Under the pieces are notes generated by a model that was not told where the DNA came from, ran no database searches, and was given only the letters and a program-made list of their open reading frames with translations. From the NCBI GenBank assembly GCA_963778655.1, contig CAVZVA010000009.1, forward strand, positions 1,312,001 to 1,376,000: a stretch of DNA of 64,000 bases, in the 5' to 3' direction. Positions 40,297 through 52,053 of this stretch are shown piece after piece; position 1 is the stretch's first letter; each line of letters opens with the position of its first letter. The translations under genes and the position numbers were made by a program. The DNA comes from an uncultured delta proteobacterium. GTDB lineage: Bacteria; Myxococcota_A; Polyangia; Polyangiales; JAFGIB01.

Positions 40297-43200
40297 CTAC
40301 GGCCCGACGTGGAAGCAGTAGAGCGGCGCGCTGGCGCCGCAGGGCGCCGTCTGGGCGTTGGTCCAGGTCCCATCGGTGCCGGTCGGCAAGCCCACGCTGG
40401 CCGTCATCGTGCGGTCGTTGGTCGACCAGCCCCCGCAATCCGTGTTGGTCGCGAGCCCGGCGGCGTTCGTGCCGGTGAAGACGTACGGGGCCTGCGGCGT
40501 TCCGCCGCCTTCGTCGATGTTGATCGGAGCCTGCAACGGCGTGTTCACCGTGTTGAGCAGGTCCGCGAGGCTGGCCGCGACCAGCTTGCCGTCGGTGCGG
40601 TAGTAGGGGCCGTCCGTGATCCGCGTGTAGGCGGGCGTGCTCGAGGTGCTGAGCCAGGCCACGTATTTCCCGGGGAAGCCCGCGCCGTTGGCCATGCTCT
40701 GGCACATCTTGTCGGCCCCGTCCAAGCCGCCGGTGGCGCCGAACGGCTTGCTGGTGATGAACACGTGCTGCCCGCAGCGGCCCTGGACGCAGCCCAAGCT
40801 GGCGGCACAGGCGTGGCCGCAGGTTCCGCAGTTGGCAGGGTCGTTCATCAGGTCCACGCCCGGCGCGCCCGGGCAGCTGTCCTGGAAGCAGTAGAGCGCA
40901 AGCTTGGTGTCGCAGGTCGGTGGGGCGGCGACACTGGCGGTGTACGTCCAGGTGGCGTCCGCCTTGACGCTTTGGCCGATCGAGCCGGTCGCGCTGGCGA
41001 TGTTCGAGGTCCAACTGTTGCAGGTCGAGGTCGAGCCGCTGCCATCGACCATGGTGCCGGTCCAGACCTGCGTATCGCGCACCTCGCCCCACTCGGTCAG
41101 GTCGATCGGAACCGGAGCGGAGTCGCTCCCCAGGACTCCGTCGGTCAGGTCGGCCTTGTCATTGGCCACGATGGTCGTGTCCACGCGCGCGTACGGCCCC
41201 TCGCTGATGCGGTCGACGGCGTTGGCGCCACCCGCCCCGGCGCTTCCGGTGCTGAGCCACGCCGTGAAGGTGCCCGCCAAGTTCGCGCTCGCGGCGATGT
41301 CGGTGCAGGCCTTGTCCGCGGCCACCGTGCCGCCGAACGCGCCGTCGTGCTGGTTGCCCGTCGAGGTCACGAACACCACCCACGGCGGCCCGGAGAAGCC
41401 GCAGCCCTTGGCGGTCGTCGAGTAGGTGGTGCCTCCCGGGCAACACAGGGCGCTGCTGCAGGTGCCCAGATCCTTGTGGCAGGGGGTGCCGTCCTTGGCC
41501 TTTGCGTCAGGCGGGCAAGTCTTGTTCAATCCGTCGCAAACCTCGGCGAGGTCACAGTCGTCGCTGGCGGCGCGGCAGGGCACGTTGGGACCGGCGACGG
41601 CGTCGTCGGGGCAGCTCTTGTTCGTCCCGTCGCAGCTCTCGGGGAGGTCGCAGACGCCGTTGGCGGCGCGGCAGGGCACGTTGGGACCGGCGACGGCGTC
41701 GGTGGGGCAGGTCTTGTTGCTGCCGTCGCAGTAGTCGTCGACGTCGCAGACGCCGTTTGCGGGCCGGCACAGCTTGGTCTTGGGCGCAGGCGCGTCGGTG
41801 GGGCAGGTCTTGTTGCTGCCGTCGCAGTAGTCGTCTGCGTCGCAAATGCCGTTTGCGGGCCGGCACAGCTTGGTCTTGGGCGCAGGCGCGTCGGCGGGGC
41901 AGGTCTTGTTGCTGCCGTCGCAGTAGTCGTCTGCGTCGCAGATGCCGTTTGCGGGCCGGCACACGGTGGTGCTTGGCTCGGGGACATCGGCAGGGCAAGT
42001 CTTGTTGCTGCCGTCGCAGTACTCGGGCTTGTCGCAAGCGCCGTTCGCGGCCCTGCACACGGTGGTGTTGGGCTCGGGGACATCGGCAGGGCAAGTCTTG
42101 TTGCTGCCGTCGCAGTACTCGGGCTTGTCGCAGGCGCCGTTCGCGGCCCTGCACACGGTGGTGTTGGGCTCGGGGACATCGGCGGGGCAAGTCTTGTTGC
42201 TGCCGTTGCAGTACTCGGGCTTGTCGCAGGCGCCGTTCGCGGCCCTGCACACGGTGGTGTTGGGCTCGGGGACATCGGCGGGGCAAGTCTTGTTGCTGCC
42301 GTTGCAGTACTCGGGCTTGTCGCAGGCGCCGTTCGCGGCCCTGCACACGGTGGTATTGGGCTCGGCGGCATCGGCTGGGCAGTCCTTGCTGCTGCCGTTG
42401 CAGCTCTCGGCCACGTCGCAGGCGCCGTTCTGCGCGCGACACACGGTACCGGCGAGCGCCACGCCGTCGCTCGGGCACGCCTTACCCACGCCGTCGCAGA
42501 AATCCGCCACGTCGCACAGTCGGCCGGCCTCTGCAGCCCGGCACTGCACGCTGCTGTCCTGCAATGCGTCTGCCGGGCACGCGGCGTCCGTACCCGTGCA
42601 GCTCTCCGCGCGATCGCACGGCCCGCCCGAGGCGCGGCACTCGGTGCCCGCGGTGACAAAGCCATCGCTCGGGCAAGCGGCCGAGCTGCCGGTGCAGGCC
42701 TCTGCCACGTCGCAGCTACCGGCCACCGGCCGGCATACGTGACCGGCCTGGGCGAGCACGTCGCTGGGGCAGTCCGTGGTCACGCCGTCGCAGGTCTCGG
42801 CTACATCGCAAGGCCCCGCAGGCTGACGGCAGATCGTGCCTTGCGCGGCGACCGCGTTGGTGGCCGGCGGGCAGTCCTTGCTGTCGCCGTCGCACACCTC
42901 GGGCGCGTCGCACGCTGCGGCGGGCAGACGGCACACCGTGCCGCTTGCGGCGGGTACGTCGGCCGGGCAGTCCTTGTCCACGCCGTCGCACAGCTCGGCC
43001 GCGTCGCAGGCCCCGGCCGCGGCGCGGCACTGCGTGTCGCTCGACGCGACCGCGTCCTTTGGGCAATCGGGGCCGGCGCCGCTGCAGCTCTCGGGCAGAT
43101 CGCAATCACCGGCGCTCTGGCGGCAGAGCGTGGTCGCGGCCTTGAACGTGTCGAGTGGGCACCGCTTGTGGCTGCCGTCGCAGCGCTCGGCCACGTCGCA

Positions 43201-43641
43201 GTCTCCGGCAACCGGGCGGCACTCGGTGTCCTTCGCCACCAGGACGTCCTCGGGGCACTCCGCACTTTGGCCGTCGCACGCCTCGGCTACGTCGCACCCG
43301 CCTTCGGCAGAGCGACAGGTCACGTCCTTGGCTTGCACTCCATCGCAGCTGTCGTTGCAGCAGCCCTGCAGCCCGGGATCGCAGCGCTCTCCCGGATCGA
43401 GCACGCCGTTGCCGCAGTGCTGGCCGCCGTCGGGGGGCAGCGGCGTGATGATGATCTCGGGCGCGCTGGCGGAGGTGTTGCCCTGCGCGGGGTCTGCGGG
43501 CGGCGTGAAGGAGCCCTCGCCCTCGCTCGCCGACTTGTCGAGCTTGGGCGCGCTGCTCAGGCCGCAGCCCGCCGCGCCCAGCACCATCGCCGCCAATGAC
43601 CCTACCCAGAGCCGCGAGAAATCGCGGTAGCCGGCGCTCAC
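40297..43641 (-). CDS. Large Cys-rich lipoprotein: 19 disintegrin-loop-like repeats plus two DUF1554-like domains
   Basis: AAGC lipobox; CGNGVLDPGERCD; repeats CRxxxxxCDxxExCxGxxxxCPxD; two VF(V/I)TS..GG..ADK.C..AWLS..LYCF domains separated by DPANCGTCGHAC; start 43641 or 43686. Confidence 0.88.
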   Translation of the reverse strand: MSAGYRDFSRLWVGSLAAMVLGAAGCGLSSAPKLDKSASEGEGSFTPPADPAQGNTSASAPEIIITPLPPDGGQHCGNGVLDPGERCDPGLQGCCNDSCDGVQAKDVTCRSAEGGCDVAEACDGQSAECPEDVLVAKDTECRPVAGDCDVAERCDGSHKRCPLDTFKAATTLCRQSAGDCDLPESCSGAGPDCPKDAVASSDTQCRAAAGACDAAELCDGVDKDCPADVPAASGTVCRLPAAACDAPEVCDGDSKDCPPATNAVAAQGTICRQPAGPCDVAETCDGVTTDCPSDVLAQAGHVCRPVAGSCDVAEACTGSSAACPSDGFVTAGTECRASGGPCDRAESCTGTDAACPADALQDSSVQCRAAEAGRLCDVADFCDGVGKACPSDGVALAGTVCRAQNGACDVAESCNGSSKDCPADAAEPNTTVCRAANGACDKPEYCNGSNKTCPADVPEPNTTVCRAANGACDKPEYCNGSNKTCPADVPEPNTTVCRAANGACDKPEYCDGSNKTCPADVPEPNTTVCRAANGACDKPEYCDGSNKTCPADVPEPSTTVCRPANGICDADDYCDGSNKTCPADAPAPKTKLCRPANGICDADDYCDGSNKTCPTDAPAPKTKLCRPANGVCDVDDYCDGSNKTCPTDAVAGPNVPCRAANGVCDLPESCDGTNKSCPDDAVAGPNVPCRAASDDCDLAEVCDGLNKTCPPDAKAKDGTPCHKDLGTCSSALCCPGGTTYSTTAKGCGFSGPPWVVFVTSTGNQHDGAFGGTVAADKACTDIAASANLAGTFTAWLSTGSAGAGGANAVDRISEGPYARVDTTIVANDKADLTDGVLGSDSAPVPIDLTEWGEVRDTQVWTGTMVDGSGSTSTCNSWTSNIASATGSIGQSVKADATWTYTASVAAPPTCDTKLALYCFQDSCPGAPGVDLMNDPANCGTCGHACAASLGCVQGRCGQHVFITSKPFGATGGLDGADKMCQSMANGAGFPGKYVAWLSTSSTPAYTRITDGPYYRTDGKLVAASLADLLNTVNTPLQAPINIDEGGGTPQAPYVFTGTNAAGLATNTDCGGWSTNDRTMTASVGLPTGTDGTWTNAQTAPCGASAPLYCFHVGP
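41690..42380 (-). repeat. Near-identical 96-bp intragenic tandem repeats
   Basis: GCAAGTCTTGTTGCTGCCGT at 41995, 42091, 42187 and 42283; related units continue on both sides. Confidence 0.92.
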
Positions 43642-43858
43642 TGTGGATGAACCGCTACGCACACCTGATCCCCTCGCATCCGGCAAGAGATAGGGTGTAT
43701 GCCAAACCCGAGGTGCCGTCCAGCGCCCACGCCCGCCGGGGCGAAAGCGGCCGAGTGATTTGGATCACCTCGCACCCGACCTGAGGTCGACTGCACGGGT
43801 CGCCGAGCGGAAATATGCATCGAGCACGCCCTGCGGTCGCTGCCGGGTGCTCGAAACG

Positions 43859-44779
43859 CTACCCGCCGCGCTCCGCCCCGTCCTGCCAGACGGCGGCCCA
43901 CGGCATGCAGGCGGTGGAGCGGGCGAGCCCGAGGCTGCCGTCGCGTGCCACCACGATCACGCCGCCCTCTCCGTTGACGCGTTGGGCCAGCGTGGCGATC
44001 CCCGCGCGCGCTGCGGCCTCTGCGCCGAGGCCGGCTCCGGCCGCGGCAGCCACGCTCGCGCACAAGCTCACGCGGATGATGCCTTCGCCAGGTCCGGTGG
44101 CCGAGGCGGCGCAGCGCGTGTCGTCGGCATAGGTGCCCGCGCCGATCAGCGGCGAATCGCCGACGCGACCTGCGCGCTTGGCGGTCATGCCGCCTGTGCT
44201 GGTGGCCGCGGCCAGGTGGCCGTGGCGATCGCGCGCCACCGCGCCCACGGTGTTGCCGCCTCGGGGTTGGGCGCGGCCCGCCAGCACCTGTACGAGTTGC
44301 TCCTTGGAACGCGCCGTGATCATGCTCGCCGGATCGGCGGGCAAAAATCCGCTGCGCCGCGCAAACGCAGCGGCGCCCGCGGCCGCGTACAGCACGTGCC
44401 GTCCGTCCTCGAGCGCGGCGCGCGCAATCGCCACAGGGTGCCGGTACGGCGGCAAGCAGCAGACCGCGCCCGCGCGCAGGGCCGCACCCTCCATGATCGA
44501 CGCGTCGAGCTCGAGCTCGCCTTGTTCGGTGAGCGAGCCGCCGGTGCCGGCGTTGAAGCAGGGGTCGTCCTCCAGCGCCTCCACCGCCCGCTGTACCGCG
44601 TCGAGCGCGCTGGCGCCGCCGCGCAAAATCGCCGCGGCCTGCTCGGAGGCCCGCGCGCAGCCTTCGATCTCGGCGGCGAGCGTCTCGGCCCCACGCGCTC
44701 CGGCCCCCCCGTGCACCAGCACGCAGGCAGCGGGCACCCGTTGCGAGAACCCCCAGCCGAAAGTCACCTCGACGCTCAT
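43859..44779 (-). CDS. iaaA: Isoaspartyl peptidase/L-asparaginase (Ntn hydrolase)
   Basis: VHGGAG, LEDDPCFNAG, ELDASIM, NTVGAVA (Thr nucleophile), TSTGG, GRVGDSP. Confidence 0.93.
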   Translation of the reverse strand: MSVEVTFGWGFSQRVPAACVLVHGGAGARGAETLAAEIEGCARASEQAAAILRGGASALDAVQRAVEALEDDPCFNAGTGGSLTEQGELELDASIMEGAALRAGAVCCLPPYRHPVAIARAALEDGRHVLYAAAGAAAFARRSGFLPADPASMITARSKEQLVQVLAGRAQPRGGNTVGAVARDRHGHLAAATSTGGMTAKRAGRVGDSPLIGAGTYADDTRCAASATGPGEGIIRVSLCASVAAAAGAGLGAEAAARAGIATLAQRVNGEGGVIVVARDGSLGLARSTACMPWAAVWQDGAERGG

Positions 44780-44795
44780 CGTCTGCGCACGTCGC

Positions 44796-47089
<2,294 letters not shown>

Positions 47090-47090
<1 letters not shown>

Positions 47091-47416
47091 CAGTCCTCCG
47101 GCTCGATCGAGAGCATCAGGGGGAACTCGCGCTGGCGGGCCAGGGTCTCGACCATGCCCACCTTCATCTCGGCAACCTCGTAGGTATAGACGCCCGCCAC
47201 CCCCACGCCATTGTGGTGGACGTGGAGCATGATCTGGACCGCCTCCGGCTCGGGGCGGTGGAACACGGTCTTGAGCACCTCGACCACGAACTCGCGGGTG
47301 GTGTAGTCGTCGTTGTGCAGCAGCACCTTGAAGAGAGGCGGCTTCTTGAGCTTGCGCTCCGTCTTGGTGCGGCTGCGGGTGATGGTCCCGCTCTCGGACT
47401 GGTTCTCCTCAGCCAT
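47090..47416 (-). CDS. clpS: Clp protease adaptor ClpS
   Basis: FKVLLHNDDYTTREFVV, IMLHVHHNG, EFPL. Confidence 0.97.
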
Positions 47417-47474
47417 TCAGAAGCCCATTCTAGATCCTGGAACGCGCGACGGCACGCCCGCGCTGCCCGCGCGT

Positions 47475-47972
47475 TCATCCGGGGCCCCCTCCGGCCCGGG
47501 CGCGCGCCCGGGCCAGGGCCTGGTACACGGCCTGGCCGAGATCGTGCACACCCAGGCCCTGGTAGCGGGGCTCGAGCTCCAGCGGCGGCCCGCCGTCCCT
47601 GCGCGCGAGCGAGACCGTGAGCCGGTCCTCGTCCACGCGCACCGACTCGACCTCCTTCCAGGGCAGCACCTGCAGGCGCTCGCCCTCACGCAGCCGCAGC
47701 GCGTCCCGGTCGAGCTCGAGGTAGTGCTCGGCCTGCGCGCGGGTCAGCCTGCGCGCACGCAGCGCGCGCACGATCCACAGGCCCGCGAACGCGAAGCCCG
47801 AAAGCGCGAACAGGCGCAAGAAGGGGTAGGGCAGGGCGAGCAGCCACACGCTCGCCGGCAGCACCAGCAGGGCGGCGGCGATGCGCAGGCCGGCGGCCTC
47901 GCGCTCGGCGCGCACGTCGAGCGCGAAGCGCACGCGCTCGCTCGGGCTGGGATCGGGATCGGGATCGGCCAT
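47475..47972 (-). CDS. Hypothetical membrane protein (2 TM plus PH-like segment)
   Basis: Two hydrophobic helices, then YLELDRDALRLREG..LPWKEVESVRV. Confidence 0.68.
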   Translation of the reverse strand: MADPDPDPSPSERVRFALDVRAEREAAGLRIAAALLVLPASVWLLALPYPFLRLFALSGFAFAGLWIVRALRARRLTRAQAEHYLELDRDALRLREGERLQVLPWKEVESVRVDEDRLTVSLARRDGGPPLELEPRYQGLGVHDLGQAVYQALARARARAGGGPG

Positions 47973-48063
47973 GCGGGGACCGCGCCGCACAATTTAGCAC
48001 GCCGCGCGGACCGTGGTCGGGGGGCGCGATCCGTGTTACGAGGGCCCTCTGGAGGAGATCGCC

Positions 48064-49104
48064 ATGAAGCTCGGCCTGGTCGTCGGTTACTCGGGACGGC
48101 ACCTGACGCTGCCGATGGAGCAGGTGCTGCTGGCGGAGCGGCTGGGCTTCGACTCGTGCTGGACCGCCGAGGCGTACGGCTCGGATGCGGTCACCCCGGC
48201 CGCGTACATGCTGGCCAAGACCCAGAAGATCCGCGTCGGCACCGCGATCATGCAGATGCCGGCACGCGCGCCGACCATGGCCGCGATGACCGCGATCTCG
48301 CTCGACCATCTCTCGGGTGGCCGCTTCATCGTCGGCATCGGGCCGTCGGGGCCGCAGGTGGTGGAGGGGTGGTACGGCGCCAGCTACGCCAAGCCGCTGA
48401 CGCGCCAGCGCGAGTACATCGAGATCATGCGCATGGTGTTCGCGCGCAAGGCGCCGGTGGAGTACTCGGGCTACCACTACCAGCTGCCCTACCGGGGCGA
48501 GGACGGCAGCGGGCTGGGCAAGCCGCTCAAGAGCATCCTGCACTGCGAGCACGAGATCCCGATCTACACCGCGAGCTTGCAGCCCAAGGCGGTGGCGATG
48601 GCCGCGGAGCTGTGCTCGGGCTTCTTCCCGGTGTGGATGAACCCGGAGCGCTTCGACATCTTCGCCGGCGCGATCGAAAAGGGGCTGGCCAAGGCCGGCG
48701 GCGGCAAGAGCCTGGCCGATTTCGACGTGGCGCCGTTCGTAACGGTGATCGTTGGCGACGACGTCGCGCAGTGCCGGATGCCGGTCAAGGCGATGCTCGC
48801 GCTGTACATCGGCGGGATGGGCGCGCGCGACAAGAACTTCTACAACACCTACGCCACGCAGCTGGGCTACGGCGGCGCAGCCAAGCAGATCCAGGATCTA
48901 TACCTCGACGGCAAGAAGGCCGAAGCGGCGGCCGCCGTTCCGGACCAGCTGGTCGATGACATCGCGCTGGTGGGCCCCGAGGCGCGCATCCGCGAGCGCG
49001 CGCAGCGCTGGATCGAGGCGGGCAAGAAGCACCACGTGGGCTCGATGCTGCTGGGCAGCGGCCAGCCCGAAGCGCTGCAGCTGATGGCCGAGCTGGTGCT
49101 GTAG
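48064..49104 (+). CDS. LLM-class (probably F420-dependent) oxidoreductase
   Basis: WTAEAYGSDA, MQMPAR, LDHLSGGRF, GPSGPQVVEGWYG, YIGGMGARDKNFYN; GGAG RBS. Confidence 0.9.
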   Translation: MKLGLVVGYSGRHLTLPMEQVLLAERLGFDSCWTAEAYGSDAVTPAAYMLAKTQKIRVGTAIMQMPARAPTMAAMTAISLDHLSGGRFIVGIGPSGPQVVEGWYGASYAKPLTRQREYIEIMRMVFARKAPVEYSGYHYQLPYRGEDGSGLGKPLKSILHCEHEIPIYTASLQPKAVAMAAELCSGFFPVWMNPERFDIFAGAIEKGLAKAGGGKSLADFDVAPFVTVIVGDDVAQCRMPVKAMLALYIGGMGARDKNFYNTYATQLGYGGAAKQIQDLYLDGKKAEAAAAVPDQLVDDIALVGPEARIRERAQRWIEAGKKHHVGSMLLGSGQPEALQLMAELVL

Positions 49105-49134
49105 ATAGCGCCTCGCTGCGGACCTCCGCGGTCA

Positions 49135-50430
49135 CTACGAGGGGCCTTGCACCGGACAGCCCAGGACCACGTCCACGCGACCGCCCTGGTCGCCGCGCAC
49201 CGTGTCGCAGATCGTTCCGCACAGCTCGATTCGACCGCCGTCGGGGCTGTACTGCCAGCCTTGTGCGCCTGCGTCGCAGGCAGCGCGCGCGTCTTGCGGG
49301 ACGACCTTGGCGCCCGAGCCATCGCCCGGCGTATACACGACGTTGACCCGCTGCTTGTCGAGCCCGGCTTGTGGCGAGCTCGGCAGGGGTAGCTCGCAGA
49401 TCGCTGCCTGGCCGGTGATCGCGGTGAGGGCGCTGCTGAGCGCGGCGGCGAAGTCGCTCTGCCGAGTCATGTCGAAGTGGCATTCTCCGGCCGCGGCATC
49501 ACAACCTTTGGGCGCGGTTCCGCCTGCCAGCGCGATCTCGGAAAGCTCTTTACGAGCCGGCTCTGAGCCCGGCGCGCCGATCACGAAGGTGCGGATGTCG
49601 GCCCCCGGCGAGGCGGCCTTGGGCACCTCGCTGGTGATCAGCAAGTCGGTACACTGGGCGGCGTCGCTGCAACGGGCAGTATCCGAGCACTGCTCGCTCT
49701 GCTGGCCGTCTGTCAGCAGGACCACGAAGCTGTTGCCCGAGATCTTCTGGTCGAGCGCCAGCGCGTGCAAATGCTTGTAGGCCAGGATGGTGGCGCCGAC
49801 CAGCGGGGTGCCTCCGTTCGGGGTCACGTTGTCGAGGCTTGCCTGCAGCGCCGCGAGCTGTGTCGCATCCAGCGGGTGAAGCGCCACGCTCGGGGTGGAG
49901 CTGACGCCGCAAGCGTCGTCGTTGCTGAAGTAGCTGATCCCGACGCTGGCGGTGGCCGGAAGCTGATGCACGGCGGCGATCAATGCGTCCTTGGTGATCT
50001 CCCACTTGCTGGGCTTGGCCGGATCGGCACGCTTGGGATCGCTCTCACAGGACGTCGAGTCCGTGATCGGGGGCGGGTTGCAGCTCATGCTGCCGCTGCG
50101 GTCGATCACGAACAGCAGGTTCGCCGGCAAGAGCGCGGATTGCGCGCTGGCCGTCGCACAGCTCCCCTGCAGAACGCTGTTGGCGTCGAGCCCCGTAGCC
50201 TTGGGCGCGCCCGCTTGGGGATTGCTCGCCCCGGACGGCTCCATCGTGGACGCATTGCCGAAGTCCGACGCCGCGGCCTTGGTTGCGGGCCCCGACGTGC
50301 CGGCCGCCATCGCGCCGGGGTCGCTGGGGCGGCTGTCCGTGTTCGAGCCGGCGCCGCAACCCGCGCAGACTCCACCCGCACACGCGCCCGCAAGCAGCAG
50401 CAACAGCTCGCTTGTGCGTCCGAGCTTCAC
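49135..50430 (-). CDS. vWA-domain Cys-rich lipoprotein
   Basis: CAGC lipobox; MIDAS DRSGS, GGTP, LLTDG; C-terminal VNVVY..GWQY..IELCGTIC. Confidence 0.87.
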   Translation of the reverse strand: MKLGRTSELLLLLAGACAGGVCAGCGAGSNTDSRPSDPGAMAAGTSGPATKAAASDFGNASTMEPSGASNPQAGAPKATGLDANSVLQGSCATASAQSALLPANLLFVIDRSGSMSCNPPPITDSTSCESDPKRADPAKPSKWEITKDALIAAVHQLPATASVGISYFSNDDACGVSSTPSVALHPLDATQLAALQASLDNVTPNGGTPLVGATILAYKHLHALALDQKISGNSFVVLLTDGQQSEQCSDTARCSDAAQCTDLLITSEVPKAASPGADIRTFVIGAPGSEPARKELSEIALAGGTAPKGCDAAAGECHFDMTRQSDFAAALSSALTAITGQAAICELPLPSSPQAGLDKQRVNVVYTPGDGSGAKVVPQDARAACDAGAQGWQYSPDGGRIELCGTICDTVRGDQGGRVDVVLGCPVQGPS

Positions 50431-50431
50431 G

Positions 50432-51205
50432 TCACGGCATCCAGGTCGCCGACCATGGCCCCACGCAAGCGCCGCCCGCGCCCAGGCCATCTGTGATCAT
50501 CATGTTCCAGTCGCCGCTCAGCGTGACGCTGCTGCGGTCGAGGCTGCCGGAAAGCGTGCCCTCGAAGGCTCCGACCTGCAGCGCAGTAGCGTCGCCCAAG
50601 CCGTAGGCGCCCTCGGTCGCCATGCCCGTCAGCGTATTCGTCTTGCAGTCGAGCTCGCCGACGAGCTTGGCGGTGAAGTTGAAGACCACGTCGGCGTCGC
50701 CGTCGATATGGCCATCCACTATCTCGAGAAACTCGCCGTTCTGGGAAGGCTGCAGCGTGAACACGACAGGCCCGGTGGCCACGAAGGGCGCGCTGGGATC
50801 GATGCCGGGGCCGACGTAGTCGCAGGTGAAGGTGCCGCTGTAGGTACCGGGTTGGCAGCTCCCCATGCCGGGCTGGGTCTCGGCCCACTCGAACATGATG
50901 CTCGGGTCGGCGGGCGTCGGCTCGGCCTGCAGCATGCCTGGGGGCGAGCCTGCTGCAGGGCGGGGCGCCGCAGCGCTCGCGCCGGCATCGGTCTTGTGCG
51001 CGTCGCTCGCGTCGCTCGCGCCAGTGCCCGCGGCCCCCGCGTCAGTCATGGCCCCGCTGCCGCCGTGGCCTGCGGTCGCCGATTGCCTCGCCTCGTTGCC
51101 GCCTGCGCCGCCTCGGCCACCGCCACCGCCACCGCCACTGCAGCCAAGCGCGAGCGCCACCAACCACGCTGCCGCGCCACGACCGAGCGCCCGCTGACTG
51201 GTCAT
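50432..51205 (-). CDS. Hypothetical lipoprotein (Gly-rich linker, beta-rich Cys domain)
   Basis: ALGC lipobox, CQPGTYSGTFTC, GELDC, CVGPWSATW; stop is 1 nt from the vWA gene start. Confidence 0.8.
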   Translation of the reverse strand: MTSQRALGRGAAAWLVALALGCSGGGGGGGRGGAGGNEARQSATAGHGGSGAMTDAGAAGTGASDASDAHKTDAGASAAAPRPAAGSPPGMLQAEPTPADPSIMFEWAETQPGMGSCQPGTYSGTFTCDYVGPGIDPSAPFVATGPVVFTLQPSQNGEFLEIVDGHIDGDADVVFNFTAKLVGELDCKTNTLTGMATEGAYGLGDATALQVGAFEGTLSGSLDRSSVTLSGDWNMMITDGLGAGGACVGPWSATWMP

Positions 51206-51244
51206 CGGCCGCACCCCACCAAACTCCCGAGCCACGGATTGGCA

Positions 51245-51267
51245 CTAATTATCTGAGGAGTCAATAA
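51245..51267. promoter_or_regulatory. AT-rich imperfect inverted repeat, candidate TetR operator
   Basis: CTAATTATCTGAGGAGTCAATAA between the divergent lipoprotein operon and tetR; contains a minus-strand TTGACT. Confidence 0.55.
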
Positions 51268-51356
51268 CCGGCAACGCCGTGAGCTTGGCCGCGCTCGCCA
51301 GCGGAATTTGCGCCATCTGCTTTATCGGCTACCGTCGCGGGCCCGAGGAGCTGGGT

Positions 51357-52025
51357 ATGCCCAAGGCTCGACGCAAAGCGAGGCGCGGACCCGGCCGTCC
51401 GCCGGGCCATACCAGCCACGCGACCCGAGCGAGCATCTTGAGGGCCGCACGCGCCTGCTTTGCCGAACGGGGCTTTGCGCTCACGACCAACCGCGAAATC
51501 GCCGGATGCGCCGGGGTGACCGCGGCCGCCATCTATCAGTACTTCGATTCCAAGCTCGCGCTCTACCTCGCGACTGCGCGCGACGCGGTGGCAGACGTCG
51601 CAGCCCACATCCGCGCTCACGCCGCGACCGGAGACTCCACCGCGGGCGCGCTGCGCGAAGTCGTGCTCAGTCTGCTGGCCCTGCACGACGCCGATCCCTC
51701 GCTGACGCCCTTCTTCTCCGGCCTGCGCTTCGAGCTGCAGCGCAACCCCGAAATCGCCAAGGCGATCAAGGCGGACCGCGATGAGCTGTTGTTGGCCATG
51801 GTCGAGGTGGTTCAGCGCGGTGTTGCCAGGGGCGACCTCGACGCGGCCGACGTCCCTCGCGTATCGGCGATGTTCATCGCCTGCATAATCGGCTTGTCGC
51901 AGCTGGCCACCCTGATCGGGCGCGAGCCCTTCGCCGGTACCGTGCAGGCGTTCGCCCAGTTGCTCGACGGCAGCCTGCTGCCGCGCCCGAAGCCGCGCCG
52001 CAAGAGAGCCCGTGCCGGGCCTTGA
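51357..52025 (+). CDS. TetR/AcrR-family transcriptional regulator
   Basis: GRPP, ILRAARACFAERGFALTTNREIAGCAGVTAAAIYQYFDSKLALY. Confidence 0.93.
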   Translation: MPKARRKARRGPGRPPGHTSHATRASILRAARACFAERGFALTTNREIAGCAGVTAAAIYQYFDSKLALYLATARDAVADVAAHIRAHAATGDSTAGALREVVLSLLALHDADPSLTPFFSGLRFELQRNPEIAKAIKADRDELLLAMVEVVQRGVARGDLDAADVPRVSAMFIACIIGLSQLATLIGREPFAGTVQAFAQLLDGSLLPRPKPRRKRARAGP

Positions 52026-52053
52026 GCTCGCCCCGGCTCACGCTCTGCAGCAG

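Noticed and set aside
40297..41400. Duplicated C-terminal domains as a DGR template/variable pair
   Set aside because: The two domains are broadly diverged rather than differing only at adenines, and no reverse transcriptase lies in the window.
41500..42420. Regular repeats as a possible CRISPR array
   Set aside because: The units are contiguous 96-bp in-frame coding repeats with no unique spacers, and there are no cas genes.
37014..43686. Accessory block as a prophage, ICE or IS element
   Set aside because: No integrase, transposase, tRNA target or phage genes were seen, and composition resembles the flanks.
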